From Eledone cirrhosa (lineage: Eukaryota): a stretch of 64,000 nt of DNA. The stretch lies in the NCBI GenBank assembly GCA_964016885.1, contig CAXHJY010001189.1, positions 95,361-159,360 on the forward strand, in the 5' to 3' direction. The stretch's first letter is position 1, and each line of letters begins with the position of its first letter. This document shows positions 1-14,900 of the stretch, one piece after another. A model generated the notes under the pieces. It saw only the letters and a program-made list of their open reading frames with translations. It ran no database searches and was not told the DNA's origin. Both the position numbers and the translations under genes were made by a program.

Positions 1-430
1 CAGACAACACTGAAAAAGTATCAAATAGAAGGAAATTAAAGTAATTTCAAAGAGTGGTAATTAAAAGATATGATGATGGAGGATAATGACTGAAAGAGTC
101 TAGAGTGGCACTCCAATGACTGACTGCACCAGTTGCAGGAACATGATTGATGGAGGATATAAGGGATTTGCAAAAATAGATTCACAACATTAAAAGTAAA
201 TGTGGTGAGAGACTGAAGGCTACAGAGTCTGGCGATTGAACAGAGACATTATAGAATATGAAGACTCTTCAGTGTGGCCAAACATGTGTGACCCCTCTAG
301 TGTTGATGCCAAAACAAAACACACCTAGTTGACCTTGTAAAGTGGCAGTGCCATGAAAAAAAAACACCCAGTCCACTCTGCAAAGTGGTAGTGCTGGTGC
401 CATGAAAAATATGCACCCAGTCCATTCTGT
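1..430 (+). mobile_element. Decayed RTE LINE 3' end / RTE-tail repeat units
   Basis: Contains the ...aaaaaacacccagtccactctgcaaagtggtagtgctggtgccatg... units also seen in RTE 3' UTRs elsewhere in the window (e.g. 12880-13000, 23890-24030). Confidence 0.5.
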
Positions 431-904
431 TCTACCTCCATCTTGACTAGTCTTAAATTTAGCAAAAGATTTAAGAACATTGTAATCTCTTAATATCTAA
501 AATTTCCCATTTAAAAAATAATAAAATGAATAAAAGAAACATTGCATTATAGAATAAAGATTTCCACAAGATATATCAAATTTGAATAGAACAGAAAAAT
601 TTAGTTGACAGAAATTACCTAATATATAAAACTAAAAAGAGAGAAAAAAAAAACCCATTCAGCACAAAATTTATTACAAAACAATTGATTTCTATTTCGA
701 AGTACATACTTCTTTAAAAATATATCTTGTCATAAATGTAAAACAGTGAAATAGAATAGTTTTAACCATTTTGTGACCATATTTCTATGGAGGAATTTAC
801 TAAGGTACTATTCACATAAAATTATGATGGAAGGTTTTGAAATAAATATAAACAATTTTCTAGTGTATAACAAGGACAGTTTTAGGTGGTTTGGTATCAA
901 AAGG

Positions 905-1420
905 GCTAAATGACTTATGTGAGTGCAAGAAGTCAAGCCTGAGGAATATGCTTATCTTGAATGACAAAGGAGAGTAGATCTCCAGTAGATGTGAGACCCT
1001 ATTGTTGAGTGACATAAGAGAGTAGACATTCAGTAGATAAAGCTCTATAGAAGTCATACTAGTGGCCATTAAGGAGAGAGAGATTGAAAGTGTTGAAAAA
1101 TGTAGTTAATCACTATTTCCTTTACTTTTCAGATAGTGGAAATGTGTACAATAGGACAATAGTTGGCAGGTCAGAGTAGTTGTTTTTGGTTCTGCCATAC
1201 ACCGCAGCGTTGTCCAAAAGGTTGGGGTGTGTCTCTGTGGAAAGACAGATTGGGGAATTTGGTGAGTATAAGGGTTAGCTCTAGGGTGCACTGTTTGAAG
1301 GTATTAGAAGAGAAATTATCAGGGTTGGTGCCCTTATTGGTTTTAAATGACCAGAAGTACTTTTGCATTTAGTATGTATAAATGTGGTAAGCCTGGTGAA
1401 GTAGAAGTGGGTAGATTTGA
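905..1420 (-). mobile_element. Decayed CR1/L2-group LINE reverse-transcriptase fragment
   Basis: Minus-strand frames give FKTNKGTNPDNFSSNTFKQCTLELTLILTKF.NLSF and later STGDLL. These resemble the K..K..GPD.I....LK.C...L...L..LFN.S and STxD RT motifs. Many stops and frameshifts. Confidence 0.5.
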
Positions 1421-2219
1421 AGGAGTGTGCATGTGGTATTGGATACTAAGTGAGCAGCAAAGGTGTACTGCTTACAGAAACATCATGTCCCACAAGGTGA
1501 GCAGAGATCCTTTTGGCAACTGATCAGAAGAAGCAACTGCAATTTGAGAAGTGACAATGCTTCAGGGCTCTGCTATGCAAAGAGGCATACTTTGCAGTTC
1601 AGCAAGTTGTCTTGCAAGAAAACTCAACATTTATTTAAAAAAATACACATGAATGTTAATTAAAGCTTCAGGATAAGTGTCTATTTATCATCACAAGAAA
1701 CATTCAATGTTATCAGTTAAACAAATCAAATACTTTTTACATAATTTCAGTTTCACTTCAATATTTATACTGGACAGTTCTTATTTTATATATTTCTGAT
1801 ATAACACAACAGGAGTTGTTTTTTAATTTGTGTTTAAATCATCTAAGAAAAAAAGTACCAGTTCAGCAGGCATGAAATCATGTACAGCATTAAGTAATAA
1901 GTTAAGCATGGACTTCTTAGAGCTGTCAATGATCTCTAAAAGCAAAACTTAAGATTAATAAAACATTCATTAGAATTTTGAAAGTAATGTTAGATTAATT
2001 TAGTCTGCTTCAATGCAGGTTTTTAGACTATGAATAGGTTTGGCATATAAACCCCTAGATTTGAAAAAAGAGGACAGGATTACCTGTGGGAAATAAACTT
2101 TTTCCATCTCTAGGGGCTTATATGCCCAACTTGTTTGATAATTTTTCATAGTATAAAAAACCATGTTTACATTAAGTTAACATACTTTCAAAATTGAAAA
2201 CTTGCTCAATAAGTTCAAA

Positions 2220-2580
2220 GGGAATTGAGAAAGGTGATGTAGTAAGTAAAAAGTGGGAGAAGCAGGAAAATAAAAGAATGATTGTTACCATAGTAATTTA
2301 TCAGTCCCAATATTTCAGATTTACCATCCACTATCAAGAGGGATCTGTAGTGGGTGAAATCTGAGATTGTCTTTCCTGGTTGCTTCAAGATAAACAGCAA
2401 CCAGGTAAGACAAACTCTGATTTCTCTGAGGTCTACCCTAATGGATCCTGCTTGATAATGGATGGTATCCCTGAAATATTGGGACTAATAAATTACTAAG
2501 GTAACAATCAGTCATTCTTGCCCTTCTATTTTCCTCCGCCTCCTCATGTTTTCCTTTCTACCTTACCTCTCTCAATTCCT
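2220..2580. mobile_element. Fold-back/MITE-like element with long imperfect terminal inverted repeats
   Basis: gattgttaccatagtaatttatcagtcccaatatttcag (~2280-2318) is nearly the reverse complement of ctgaaatattgggactaataaattactaaggtaacaatc (~2471-2509). Weaker complementarity extends to gggaattgaga / tctcaattcc. Confidence 0.55.
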
Positions 2581-5239
2581 CCCAGACTTATTGCCTTGGT
2601 ATTTCAAATCCACCTGCATTGTACAGCTTCCTAAACATATCACTAAAGTTTATTTGTTTAATTAACAAAACTAGCAGAGCACAATAACCAAAGTATAGCA
2701 AAATATGAAAATATAAAAACAATGAACACAAGAAGTGTAATAGCATGTCAAACTAAGTGAATTACAATAAAGATCATGCAAGCTAGAAGATAATAGACTG
2801 CTGTGGTGGTTGAGCTGCTGGTATATCCAATCATATTAGCAGTTACACTTGTTAAAGGTGAACAATTTAGAGGATTTCTATGTTGTCTTATTAAAAGGTT
2901 CATTGGGAATGAGGTTACATTATATACGGTATTCTCCCTGTGGTACAGCAATGGCAGTCTTAGGACAGTAAAATGAAAAGGATTGAAAAGATAACTGGTC
3001 ATATCGGTTCTTTACAAGAAAATATTCAAGTGAAATTTCCTTTTCATCCTTTTGAGGTTAATAAAAACAGTACCAATCCAGTACTGGGGTTGATTATTCC
3101 TCTCTCTTATATCTTTTTTACTTCCTTTCTATCACTCTTTCTCCATCTCTAGAAGAAATCAGCTTGATCAAACCTGGAGAGGTCATGAGTTTTGCCAGAT
3201 ATAAAATGCCCAAAATATGCTGTATATCACTGAGGTCCCTTTATGACCTCATCAACAGTTACAGTTCCATACATTCAAGTGAAACAGATAAAGGATTATA
3301 ACGAGTGTCCACACTATCTAGAAATATTTATTACTACCAAAACTTAAATGCTTTCTTAAATTTTCATAATTATCTACAGGAAAATTGACCTCTCCTGGAA
3401 AACAAAACCTTTCTACACATTTCAGATTGTATCAGGGAAAACTATATTTTCAGAACCAAAATGTACTCATCTACCTTTATACAAGACCTCCAGCCTGCCA
3501 GCATTAGTATTGAAAATACTGCACTGTTAAACAAGGAAAAAAAAAAAAATCTGGAAGCCCCACAAAATGTGTTCACAATACACAAAAGCATTAGAAATTG
3601 AGATACCAGTGCATGTATTTCATGCTATATAAGTTAAAAACCTCAACCAACATGAAATATAAAGGGTGTATAATACTGAACTAAGAAAAATTTGTCTCAA
3701 TGAAAGACTTGAAATTATCTGATCTCTAACCACTGATAAAGATGTGTTCATAACTAACTATTATCCCGCCGAGGTTAACTTTGCCTTTCATCCTTACAGG
3801 GTCAATAAAATAAAGTACCAGTAATGCACTGGGTTATTGCTGGCCTTGTGCCAAAAGTAGAAACAATTATTATTACAACTTTTGCTCTAACCAGCTTTAG
3901 AGGGTCTAATCAGTCACATTGTCTCATCCTCTAGGAAACTATTCTAAATATTTATCTGCTCTTGCAAGTTAACAGAAACCCAATGTATTTCTCCACTGGT
4001 CTCAGACCTCTATCATCTGTCATCTGTTCTCTGACAAGCTTAACATTCTCTTTCATCTACTTCACCTAACACATGTAACTTTTTCTTTAACCAAAATAAC
4101 CCAATGCATACATGGCTCATGTCTCCACACACCAACCATTGCCATTTTGCCCTGTACTCAATGAAAGAAAATCCGAGAAATGCCATTCAATTATTTTCTC
4201 ATATCTAGTCAATTTAAAATCACATTTTTTTTTCTTTCTTTTTAACCCTTTCATTACCATGAATCTAATAAAAGTTTATACATTTTTTTTAATAATGATC
4301 AAGAATTTGGAGGGATTTAGTAAAAAACAAAAAAAAAAAAAAAACTTTCTCATTAAGCTAGTGTTTGAAACATAACTTAAAGGCATTTATATACAATAAG
4401 GTTTTAGGTAAATATAAACACTTTGAAATAACAGTCTCGTATCAAAATGGTTCACGTCTATCCTACTAAACTAAAATGAGTTCTCATAGGCGAAAACCTA
4501 ACTTGGGAGAAACTAAACGAAGTTTGACAGATGCTATCATAGAAAATGAAAATTTTTTTTTTTTTCATATTTCGCCATAAACAATTTCATCAATCATCAG
4601 AAGTATACTGGTGACACCGTTCTCAACACCATATCCACTTCAAATTGTCTCAAAACGACAATCCTTTTTTCCTGTTTTGCTTAAAAACAAATTCTTTTAT
4701 TTCTAAAAGAGAATCCATTAGCTAATTCTGAGCACTTAACGTAGATCTTCAAAAATGATTTTCTCGATATTAGATGTTTTTTGTTTTTGTTTTAGGTTTT
4801 ACGATTATTTTTCATATATATATTTTTGAGGGCGAAGTGGGGGTGCTAAAGTCTAATTAAAAGCCACAAAAATATAAACAAAAACAATAGCTTTACCCCC
4901 CTGAAAAGTACAAATTCTAAATAACATGAGACACTAAGTAGTTAATTATCTTTCAAAAATCTATTTTTACCTGACATTTATTGAAAAAAGGTATAGGAAA
5001 AAAAAATCAATTTCAATGTCTCGAGGCAAGTCGGTTCGTTCTCTATTAATAGAATATCATGATCCACTTTAGATGGTGAAAGAAAATAGATCTATAATCG
5101 TTTTATTAAGAACAGTGAGCAGTATTTGAAAATGAAATCAAAGATAAGCAAGAGGAAAACAAAAATCGCATTAGACACATGTAGAACAAAGACAATGACA
5201 CAAGCGTATATGTGTATAGACAATATAGGTGCGAGTGTG

Positions 5240-5460
5240 TAATGTGTGTGTGCTTGGGTAATATATGTATATATGCGTGTGTACTTGAGTAATATATATA
5301 TATATATATGTGTGCTTGCATAATATCATAATATATGTATATATGTGTGTGTACTTGGGTAATATATGTATATATGCGTGTGTGCTTGGGTAATATATAT
5401 GTGTGTGCTTGCATAATATATGTATATATGTGTGTGCTTGGGTAATATATGTATATGCGT
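5240..5460. repeat. ~32-bp degenerate tandem repeat (gtgtgcttgggtaatatatgtatatatg)
   Basis: About 6-7 visible copies. Explains the low-complexity ORFs 5106-5479. Confidence 0.8.
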
Positions 5461-5553
5461 AAAATGTGATCGGAACCAAATTACTTATCCCTTGAACTTT
5501 TCAAAATACTAACTCTACAAATTTGAGTTCACTCTTAATACATACACACACAC

Positions 5554-5591
<38 letters not shown>

Positions 5592-5708
5592 CTCGTTTAA
5601 AATGAAAGCACAAGAAGTAGTTCTAACATACTAAGTATGTGTGTTCCTTTTTATATCGTTTGAAATGAAACCACAAGTAGTCCTAACATACTACGTATAT
5701 GTGTTCCT

Positions 5709-5755
<47 letters not shown>

Positions 5756-6713
5756 ACTTCGATTTATACCTAATATAATATATATACACACACATATGCA
5801 CCAGATACACACGTGTATGTGTGTCAAATATGTATGTGTGAGTAATATTGACATTTAACAACGAATAAACTATAAATCTATTTTGATTACTTTTACTAAT
5901 AAGAAGTAAAATATATAATCGTAGATGGCTATGTGTAGGCATGCATACAAAAAGGAACTAAATTAAAATCAGAACAAGAAAATATATTAAACTCCTACAA
6001 ATCATTAAACATATTTAGAGAACATGCTGATTGATAATTTAATAATCACGTTAAACCAAATGGTTAAAATGATATTTCACTTTATAATTTAAACTAGCAA
6101 GGCCGTTAAAAGGCTATGAAAATAAACCACTAAACTGGTGACATTATCAACACAAAGACCTAATTTTAAAATAATCTAAATACATTTGTTCTTTTTTTTT
6201 TCTTCTTCTTTCCCTATCATAATTTCAATTTTACTGATTTGTTTAAATTAGATCACGCCTTAACTTAGTAAAACGTAATATTAGATAAGGATAAAAGTTT
6301 GATAGGATTTAACAAAAAACAAACACCAAACAAAAACGGTCAATGAACTGCTACTTCTACACAAAATGGTTTAGAACCGGAACAGAGAAGCAGTGTATGT
6401 GAGAAATATAGAAAGAAAGTGGATACTTAAAGTAACAAAGAGGGAACAAAAACAAAATGACATTATTTACTGAAAAAGAAAAACAAAACTTCATCGGAAA
6501 GATATATATATATGTGTGTGTAAAAATACATGAGTACCTATAAGTATATATATTAAATATATAAATACGAAGCTTATTTGCCACAAGGGCATCGAAAGAA
6601 TGTTAGAAAAACACAGAAACAGAACACTATAAATTATAAATATGTAAAAACAAAATATACAACAATATCATATATATATATATATATAGAATAAAAATAT
6701 AATTATCACTCAC

Positions 6714-6729
6714 CTCGGACACTGCTCAT
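6714..6729 (-). CDS. Possible short first coding exon (MSSVR-) of a minus-strand gene continuing beyond the left edge
   Basis: Minus strand reads aagaaATGAGCAGTGTCCGAG|gtgagt, a consensus donor. It lies downstream of non-repetitive UTR-like sequence and a CpG-containing patch at ~7190-7250. No further exon was identified. Confidence 0.3.
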
Positions 6730-6940
6730 TTCTTCATTTATGTTGTGAGGAAAGTGGGGGATATGATATACTGCTACGAATAATAATAATTATCCCTCAG
6801 AAAAAGATGTTTTTTTGATGAGTGCCAGACCAAAATAAATATAAAAATAGTATATATGAACCAACTAGCAGCAGTTCTGGTCCAACAATAATTAATTATC
6901 TATTTTATATATATACATATATATATGTATGTGTATATTT

Positions 6941-6974
<34 letters not shown>

Positions 6975-8289
6975 TACACACGCACCTACGTCTCTCACTC
7001 TTTCTTTAACAATTTCAGTCTACTTGCACTCGCTCTCTCCTCTCACTGACACAAAAGGAAAGACGCAAGTACAATGGCGATGATACAAAATACACATCAG
7101 ACAGTGGGAGAAGGAAAGAAGCAAAGAGGATTGAAGAAAAAAGGCATTGAAAATTGAGTGAGAAGGAAATGGGGGTAAAAGAGAAAATGTCGCTCGATGA
7201 TTGACGACTCACAGCGTCCTCTAGCGACAACGTACGTGAACTACTACAATTATAGTTCTTGGATCTATTAATTTCATTTTATAATTAAACAATTAACGTA
7301 CCCGTTTTGGTGGGCATAGAGTGGGGGATGATTTAACTCTTTTTTATAATTATATTAAATTAATTTTCTTTGTTGTTAAAATATTGTCGACATTGTTCTT
7401 GATTTTCTCCCGAATTTGGAGTATTTAATCCCGACTTCCTTTCCAGTTCTTAGAAATAAAGAATTATATAATGTTCATTTTAAGTGTCATTAACCATTGA
7501 AGAAAGACTTAGCTCCCCTACATTTGTTTTTCATTCCCGTGACCTCTCTTCTCGTAACTAGGTTGTCTGGTGTGTACCATTAACTATTTGCATTGTACAA
7601 TAAAGCTTTATTTAAAACTGTGAGTATGGTGTGGTGTGCGAAAAGGAACAATTGATCTCGGTTGGATGTGAACTCAGAAATAGAGTTGTCACTAATACCG
7701 GAAAAAAAGTATTTTGTCTGAATCTCTTTAGACACAAATCGAATAGAGGGGAGATTGGAGTGGATCGTCTTTTGTATTTGATTGTTACTTTATTTTATCG
7801 ACCCCAGAAGGATGAAAGGTGACGCTTTGGGATCCTGCAGGATTTGAATGCAGAATAGAAAGGGTCTGAAAAATAACGCAATTAATTTTTTTTTTCAATG
7901 CGCTGACGATTCTGCCACCCCACCGAAAAGCTTCGACTGATCACATGCACTTTAATACAATGGTCCAATGTGCTCGTTTGGCACACTAAAGATGCGTAGT
8001 TCGATTCCTGTAGGCATCTCTGTCCACTTTTTTCTGTCTTCGGGAGTATTTTACCCGCCCATTGCCTTGCAGAGATCTCATGTATCTGAATTTATAGTGG
8101 CACTGCCTTGGCATGGCCTCAGTTTGTCGTCTGGAACACGTGAAAGAGTAATACAATGTCAAAGTTGTATAACTGGTTTCAGCACGTAACCGGAGTTGAG
8201 GGGGGTTAATAACAGCAGAACATTTTTGTTTATGAATATATTTCGTTTTTTCACGCCTATGAATAGAATATAAATAAATAAAGGGAAGC

Positions 8290-8560
8290 GGAAGAGTGCT
8301 GGAGCTTCCTTCTAAAACTTTTTGAGGTAAGCCAATACACTTGCAGAATTGTCACGGGTGATAGCGAGGTTAAGACGCTGGAATAACCAAGCACCCTCAC
8401 GAGCATCACCTAAAGACAAGAACCTTGTTGTCAGCCGCCCAGCTCCTTTAGACGTCGCGAACGCTACAGGCTGAAAAAAATTGTTTCCCGATAATTCCTG
8501 GTATTTTATTCCGCACGGCTATAGGTGCAGTGACCCTCACCTTTATCGCAGCATCCAGGA
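8290..8560 (-). mobile_element. CRE-clade non-LTR retrotransposon 3' fragment (restriction-like endonuclease end)
   Basis: Reverse complement contains gagggtgcttggttattccagcgtcttaacctcgctatcacccgtgacaattctgcaagtgtattggc (EGAWLFQRLNLAITRDNSASVL). Homologous to 9675-9745 and 43190-43250. Confidence 0.6.
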
Positions 8561-9339
8561 TGAGGGATGGATGAAAAGAGTAGCAACTGGGACAGTTTAT
8601 TGGATCCTCACCACCACCCTGGGAAGGACGAAAGGTAAAGACAACCTTAGTGTGAGTTGAATGAAGAACATAGTGGTTCAAATACTATACAATCAGCCAT
8701 TTACTATAACATACTATAACATCAGCCACTTGTGTGGATATTTCTGATAGTTTCAGACAAAATTGTTTTGTGTTATACAAAAAATTGAGAACATATTTTA
8801 TTACAATTGTATAAATTTACAGTAGAATAACGTTGCAAATATGTTTTAAATATATACATAAATAACATAACAAATGCGTATCTTGTTCAAATTCCCCTTG
8901 TCATCCTTCTTCTGTACATACATACCAGTGATATATTGAAGTCGATTTATAAAGCAGTAATTCTTAACTTTGTGCCTGAGCATTCCAAAGACACATGTAC
9001 TTTTAACGTTAGTATCGTAGGTGAGAGGGCGGTACTTCGGCATAATATTTGAATATGTGTGTTGGGGGAGGGGATAAAGGGTGGCGTCGCTGCTTGACAC
9101 GGTCCTTTGAATTACTGATACAGTCCATTCGATGGGCTTCCAAAGAGTTTCCGTCTACCCAATTTCGCTCACTAGATATGGATTGACTCAAAAGTTATGG
9201 TAGATGATAACTGTCCAAGATGCCAGACAGTGAAATCGAACCAGAGACTTAATGATTACGAAGCGAACTTCTTAATCATTCGGCCATACTCTGTCCACGA
9301 CACAGAAAAGGCCTGAACCACTGATTGGTCAATTTGAAA

Positions 9340-9990
9340 TCTAATCAGTCTTGGAACCATCTGGGTTGTCCAGAAGTGACGGCAAAAGACCTGACGGCCT
9401 TACCCTGTACTCCTGGTCGAGAGGCAGGTGCCTTGTGTGGAACGTCACTGTTAGTGACTCTTTTGCTCTTTCCCACATCCTGGATGCTGCGGTTAGGACG
9501 AGAGCCACAACTTCTGCAGCCGAGCGGAGTAAGACCCTCAAATACTCTGATCTGTCGGCCAGCTACATTTTTCAGCCTGTGGCTTTCGAGACGTTTGGGG
9601 AGTCGGGCCGCTGACTGCGAGGTTCCTTTCTTCACTGGCGGCTCGCCTAATAGAGGTGACTGGCGAATCTCGCGAGGGTGCTTGGCTGTTTCAGCGCATC
9701 AGCCTCGCCACCACCCGAGGTAACACTGCCAGTGTGCTGGCTTGCCTAAAAAATCATTAGAGAGGTTGCCCAGTAATCCTCGTTGCTGTCTTTTGCTCTG
9801 ATGTTGGCTCCGTTGTTCACCCCTTCCTTTACATTTTCTTTAATATTGTAACATTAAAAGAATATATCTTTCTGAAAGAATCGCGAGCTATTTATAATGT
9901 TATCTAAGCATTTATAATGTTATTTATGTATATATTTAAAACATATTTCTTATGTTATTCTACTGTAAATTTATTTATATGCTCTGTTTA
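9340..9990 (+). mobile_element. CRE-clade retrotransposon 3' fragment with 3' UTR
   Basis: [38 protein letters not shown]...[13 protein letters not shown]...[10 protein letters not shown] is a PD-(D/E)xK RLE. The downstream AT-rich tail is shared with 8790-8880 and 21040-21150 (reverse orientation). Confidence 0.75.
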
Positions 9991-10437
9991 TATTTTCATT
10001 CTAAAAGAATTGCAAACGATTTGTAATGTTGTTTGTGCAACTATGAATAAAAAATATCGTTATTATTTAAAATCCCGCCGAGGTTAACTTTGCCTTTCAT
10101 CCTTACGGGGTCGATAAAATAAAGTACCAGTAATGCACTGGAATAATTGCTGGCCTGGTGCCAAAAGTAGAAACAATTATTTAAACAATACATTAGTGAA
10201 TAAAACCTAATCCAGTACAAATATCTAAGTAGGTGATTACTGACACATGCAGAATAACAACAATACTCAGTTTAAAGCAATCGGTATTCTGTACAGATAT
10301 GTGAATTAAAATTTAAACTGCCTTGATTTCATGTTAACAAAACTAATGTATCTTTCTTTGTATGTATCTAATGAAAAAACGAAAGTGAAACACATAAAAT
10401 CCGAGAAAACTCGATTTGGCCTGCGTCATCATATATA

Positions 10438-10514
10438 CAGGGTGTCCCAAAAATATATACACACTTTTATTAGAATGCTGTTGAAGTATGTATACATCTT
10501 TCGGGTACAACCTG
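10438..10514. mobile_element. 77-bp Tc1/mariner-type mini-MITE
   Basis: TA|CAGGGTGTCCCAAAA ... TTTCGGGTACAACCTG|TA: imperfect TIRs with TA flanks. Confidence 0.6.
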
Positions 10515-11175
10515 TATATATATGGTTGGACGAACCCGTAATAACTCTTGATGAAATCGAAGGGCTGCCATTGTTACAAATCATGTTTTGGTTATTTTTA
10601 AAACCTGGCGGAGATCATCCCCTCTCCAGGTTTGAACACAGCCGATTCTTTCCAGAAATGGAAATAATTAGAAAGAGATATAGAGGAAGAATCAACCGCA
10701 GTACTGAACTGGTACTTTTCGACCTCAAAAGGACAAAAGGCAAAGTTGACCGCGGAGGAATTTGAATTCAGAGTCGAAACGAATACCGAAAAGCATTTTG
10801 TCGACTATATCAGTTCGCCGCCTATCGTCATCATATAGTAAACTACAAAAAGAGTTCACATAGAGTCATATAGTATTACGGGGTCGATAAAATAAAGCAC
10901 CAGTAATAAACTGATATAATTGGTGGCCTTATGCCAAAAGTAGAAACAATTATTTTGCTCAGGAAGAAAAGTGTAAATATTCCTTCAGTAAAATAATTGA
11001 TTTCATTTTATGAACTTTTCTTATGAAAATGAACCATTAATTTCAATAGAATGAACTTAACAAAACCCCAACCCTATCGGGTTTTGAAATAATGTTTATA
11101 ACTATTGAGATTTGAAATCTAAATCTGGTTAATCTAATCGACAAGTTAACATGTGTTAGCTCCCTCTATCATAAA

Positions 11176-11852
11176 ATGGCTGAAGAAGAATTGAATAATT
11201 TAGCTGAAATATTCTGTCTGCCAGGAGAACTGACTCACTGGTGTACGGTTTTATTACTTTTTTAATTTTTTTTAAATCATCGTTTTATAATAACATAGTG
11301 TGTAATATGTTTCCATTATTTTTTTTTTACATAAATTTTTCACGCGTATAATTTTGGTACCGGTGCAAATTATTTTATTACCTTCTAAAAGTGTTTCAAT
11401 TATTTTATTTCTGCAGAAATAAATAAAACCAATTTAGATTTAACAAGATATTTGGAACCAGCGGTAGGGGTTGGGGTTTCTGTGTCCACAGCTAAACTGA
11501 ATAAGGCATTGAAATAACGTAACTTGTCCATGAATTACTGTTTTTGTGGGCGCAGCGTGGGCAAATGGTTAAGAAATTCGCTTCGTTACCATAATGTCTC
11601 GGGTCCGATCTTGAGCAAGTGCCTGCTACAATTACCAAAGGTTAACCCAAGTTTTGTGAGCGAAATATATATAAATGCATATTTACACACACATACATTT
11701 ATTATGGCTAAGCAATGAACTTTGTTATTCTGGAATTTCACCTGCAAACTCGTAGCAAGTGCACAGGTGAAACTCCAGAGTTACAAGGCTCACTGCTTCG
11801 CCATAATAAATGAATATTTAAACCGTACTTTCCTCACGTCCGTCAATAACAC

Positions 11853-11912
<60 letters not shown>

Positions 11913-14900
11913 GAAAATAGAGAAATTAATGTGAGCAAGAAGCCATATATATATATATATATAGCTAAATCTCTTCCCACATACTGGCCCTCAAATGACA
12001 TGGCTGCTCTTTCTCTTTATCTTGGTTGGCTTCAGTAGTCTGGAGAGCCTGGCTGGCTTGAGGTGAAGTGAGATAAGTTTTTCTTTGGGTCATTCGACTG
12101 GTTCCTCGGAAGAGAAGCACCACTTCTACCTGCTCAAGCAAGTAGCGAGATGTAGCACTTAGCAAAACGCTACGGCCCTATCGACAAGGACCCGACAGCA
12201 ATTCTTCCATCAACACTTCAACTACACAGTCATCTGCCTCTTCATATAGACAACACACCTTCCTTGCACTGCGAGCTTACTACTATCTCAGCTGGTATGT
12301 ACACCCTGAAACAACTTGTCACTCTGTAACATTCTCCAGCACAACACAGAACCCTCTTTTTGCAACACTGTTCATTTGTGAGTGTTACTATCAAACTTTA
12401 TATTTATGATTCGAAGTAACATATTCTTTTCCCTTTTTGCTGAAGTGAAGTAAAGTTATATATCTAACCCAAATTATTGTATTTGTCGTGTTTATCATCC
12501 TCTTCAACATCAACCCCAAAACTTTGCTTTATGATGGATGTGTAATAGTAATATACACGAACGGCAAAACATAAATGAATTGAGAGAGAGACTGAGCATA
12601 AGAGGAATCAAATGCTGTGTGCAGGAGAGGTGGTTGCGTTGGTGTGGACATGTGATGCATATGAAGGATGACAGCTGCATAAAAAGGTGCAGAGCACTAG
12701 AAGTTAATGGAAACCGCGGAGTGGGGAGACCTGGGATGAGGTGATAAAAGCCGACCTTACCCAATTACACCTCTCAAAGGCGATGACACACGACCGTGAC
12801 CTCTGGCGTCACACAGTAATACAGAGTACCCGACCTCCCATGGGTACAAGCTGAAGCATATAGACAATATGCCCCCACACCCTCCCACTGCAAAGTGGTC
12901 GTGGAGGTGCCACGGCAAAAAAGCACCCAACCCACACTGTAAAGTGGACATGTAGGCGCCATGGAAAAAAAGCACCCAGCACTCACTGTAAATGAGGTTG
13001 GTGTTAGGAAGGGCATCCAGCTGTAGAAATCAAGCCAGAATCAGTTCCTGTATGAGCAAGACAAGGTCAGCCAACCGGACACTGCCCACAACAGGACAAC
13101 CCGTCTAACCCATGCTAGCGTGGAAGAACGGACGTAAAACAGTGATGATGATATATATATATATATATATATAGTAAATAGATTTCTACACTCTACCCAC
13201 CTGTATTGAGTGTTCATTCAGTTTAATGTTTGAATATTTTAAATGCTACGATATTTTAAACACATATTCTAATTCACACACACTTATACACTCATGTAAC
13301 ATCACATTTAAAAAAAATCTATTTTCATTATTAGGTGATGGGAAGAAAAAATATCTGAAAGTAATTATATCAGAGCAGTGCTATCACATAAGGTATGAGG
13401 TTGTGGTAGTCTTTAGTCTTTCTGAAGACTACCCCTCTGAAAGTTCCCTAGAGATAGACGTGTCCAGTACCTCCATGAAATGTGAAGATATTAAAAACAA
13501 ATTACAAACATTTGCTCATCACAATGTTGGTAAGTTTCACCTTTCTTTATTTTATACAATATGATAATTTATTCCCCACCTGCTGTATGGAGAAATTGTA
13601 AATAATGTGATGATAGAAGCATACATTTAACATAAAATGTGTCACATTGAGCTACCTGAAGGTAGCTTGTCCAAGGAAGAGATGGTGTATCTAGTTTGTG
13701 GTCAGATTCTTCTATCCAAAGCTGGGTACAGAGGATATTTAAAGAGTCATAGAAAACCAAATGGAATACACAGGTCTTCAAGTTAATGATGCATCCTTAA
13801 CTTGCCATGTTTGTGGTAAATTATGCAGATCCATGTCAATAAAATACATGTAGGTTAGCATGTTGCTGTTCCCTTGGTTGCTAATAAAAACAAAAGATAT
13901 GTCCTATATGTAACATTCAATATAAATCACTTGCTGGTTTAAAAAAGCCACTATAGAGCTCGTCATGGCACATAGCATATAAGAAAGTTGACAAACTCAA
14001 AACCATGTAGACAACCATCATGTGTGTGTATATGTATATATGCATGTATAATTTCCCAATACAGTATTTCCTCTGCTACAGGTAATCCAATACTGCTTGA
14101 TTTGATAAACTATGCTAAAGAACTCGTACAAGATTTACATGCTTCCAACATATCTAACTGTAGCCAACATGTGGAACAGAAGAAGGATTCTGTGATAGTG
14201 ACAGATACACTGTCTTGCCCAACACCACTGCCATCACATGCCAAAAACTTGACAGCTTGTTCAGAGATATCACAGAACATTGGAAATGAAGCAGGAATTA
14301 AGGAAAGTCTTCAACCTTGGATCTTACTTCTTCATATTGATCATATGAGGGCTAAAGCAAAATATATTAAATTTATTAAGAAATGGTGCAAAGATTTCCA
14401 ATTAAGTGGGCATCTAATATTCTATAAGAAGATGATATTACTTCTTCTTGTTGGAGAACACAGTAGTTTGAAGGTAATATTAACATAAAATCATTTGTTT
14501 GTGTTTATTAATTCTTCTTCTTATAAAATGTGGGAGAGCAGGAGATTGGTAGAATTGTATCTGTGGCTGAGGTTAATTTTGCCTCTGAACCTTCTGGGAT
14601 ATAAAATACCAGTAGAATATTGAGGTAAATTTAACTGACTAACCCTTCCCCACTAATTTCTGGCCTTGTGCCTATGTTAGAAACAATTATAAGGTGTTAG
14701 GAAGGGGTAAGTTGTAAGCAAAGTACCTTTATTTTATCGACTCTATAAGGATGAAATGCGAAGCTAACCTTGGCAGAGTTTGAACTCAGAATGTAAATGG
14801 TGAAGTTCCCCATACCACAAAACACGATGTCTGATGCTCTACTGATACTGTCAATCCACTGCCCTTGTCAATAATAATAATAATTGTTTCTGATTTAGGC

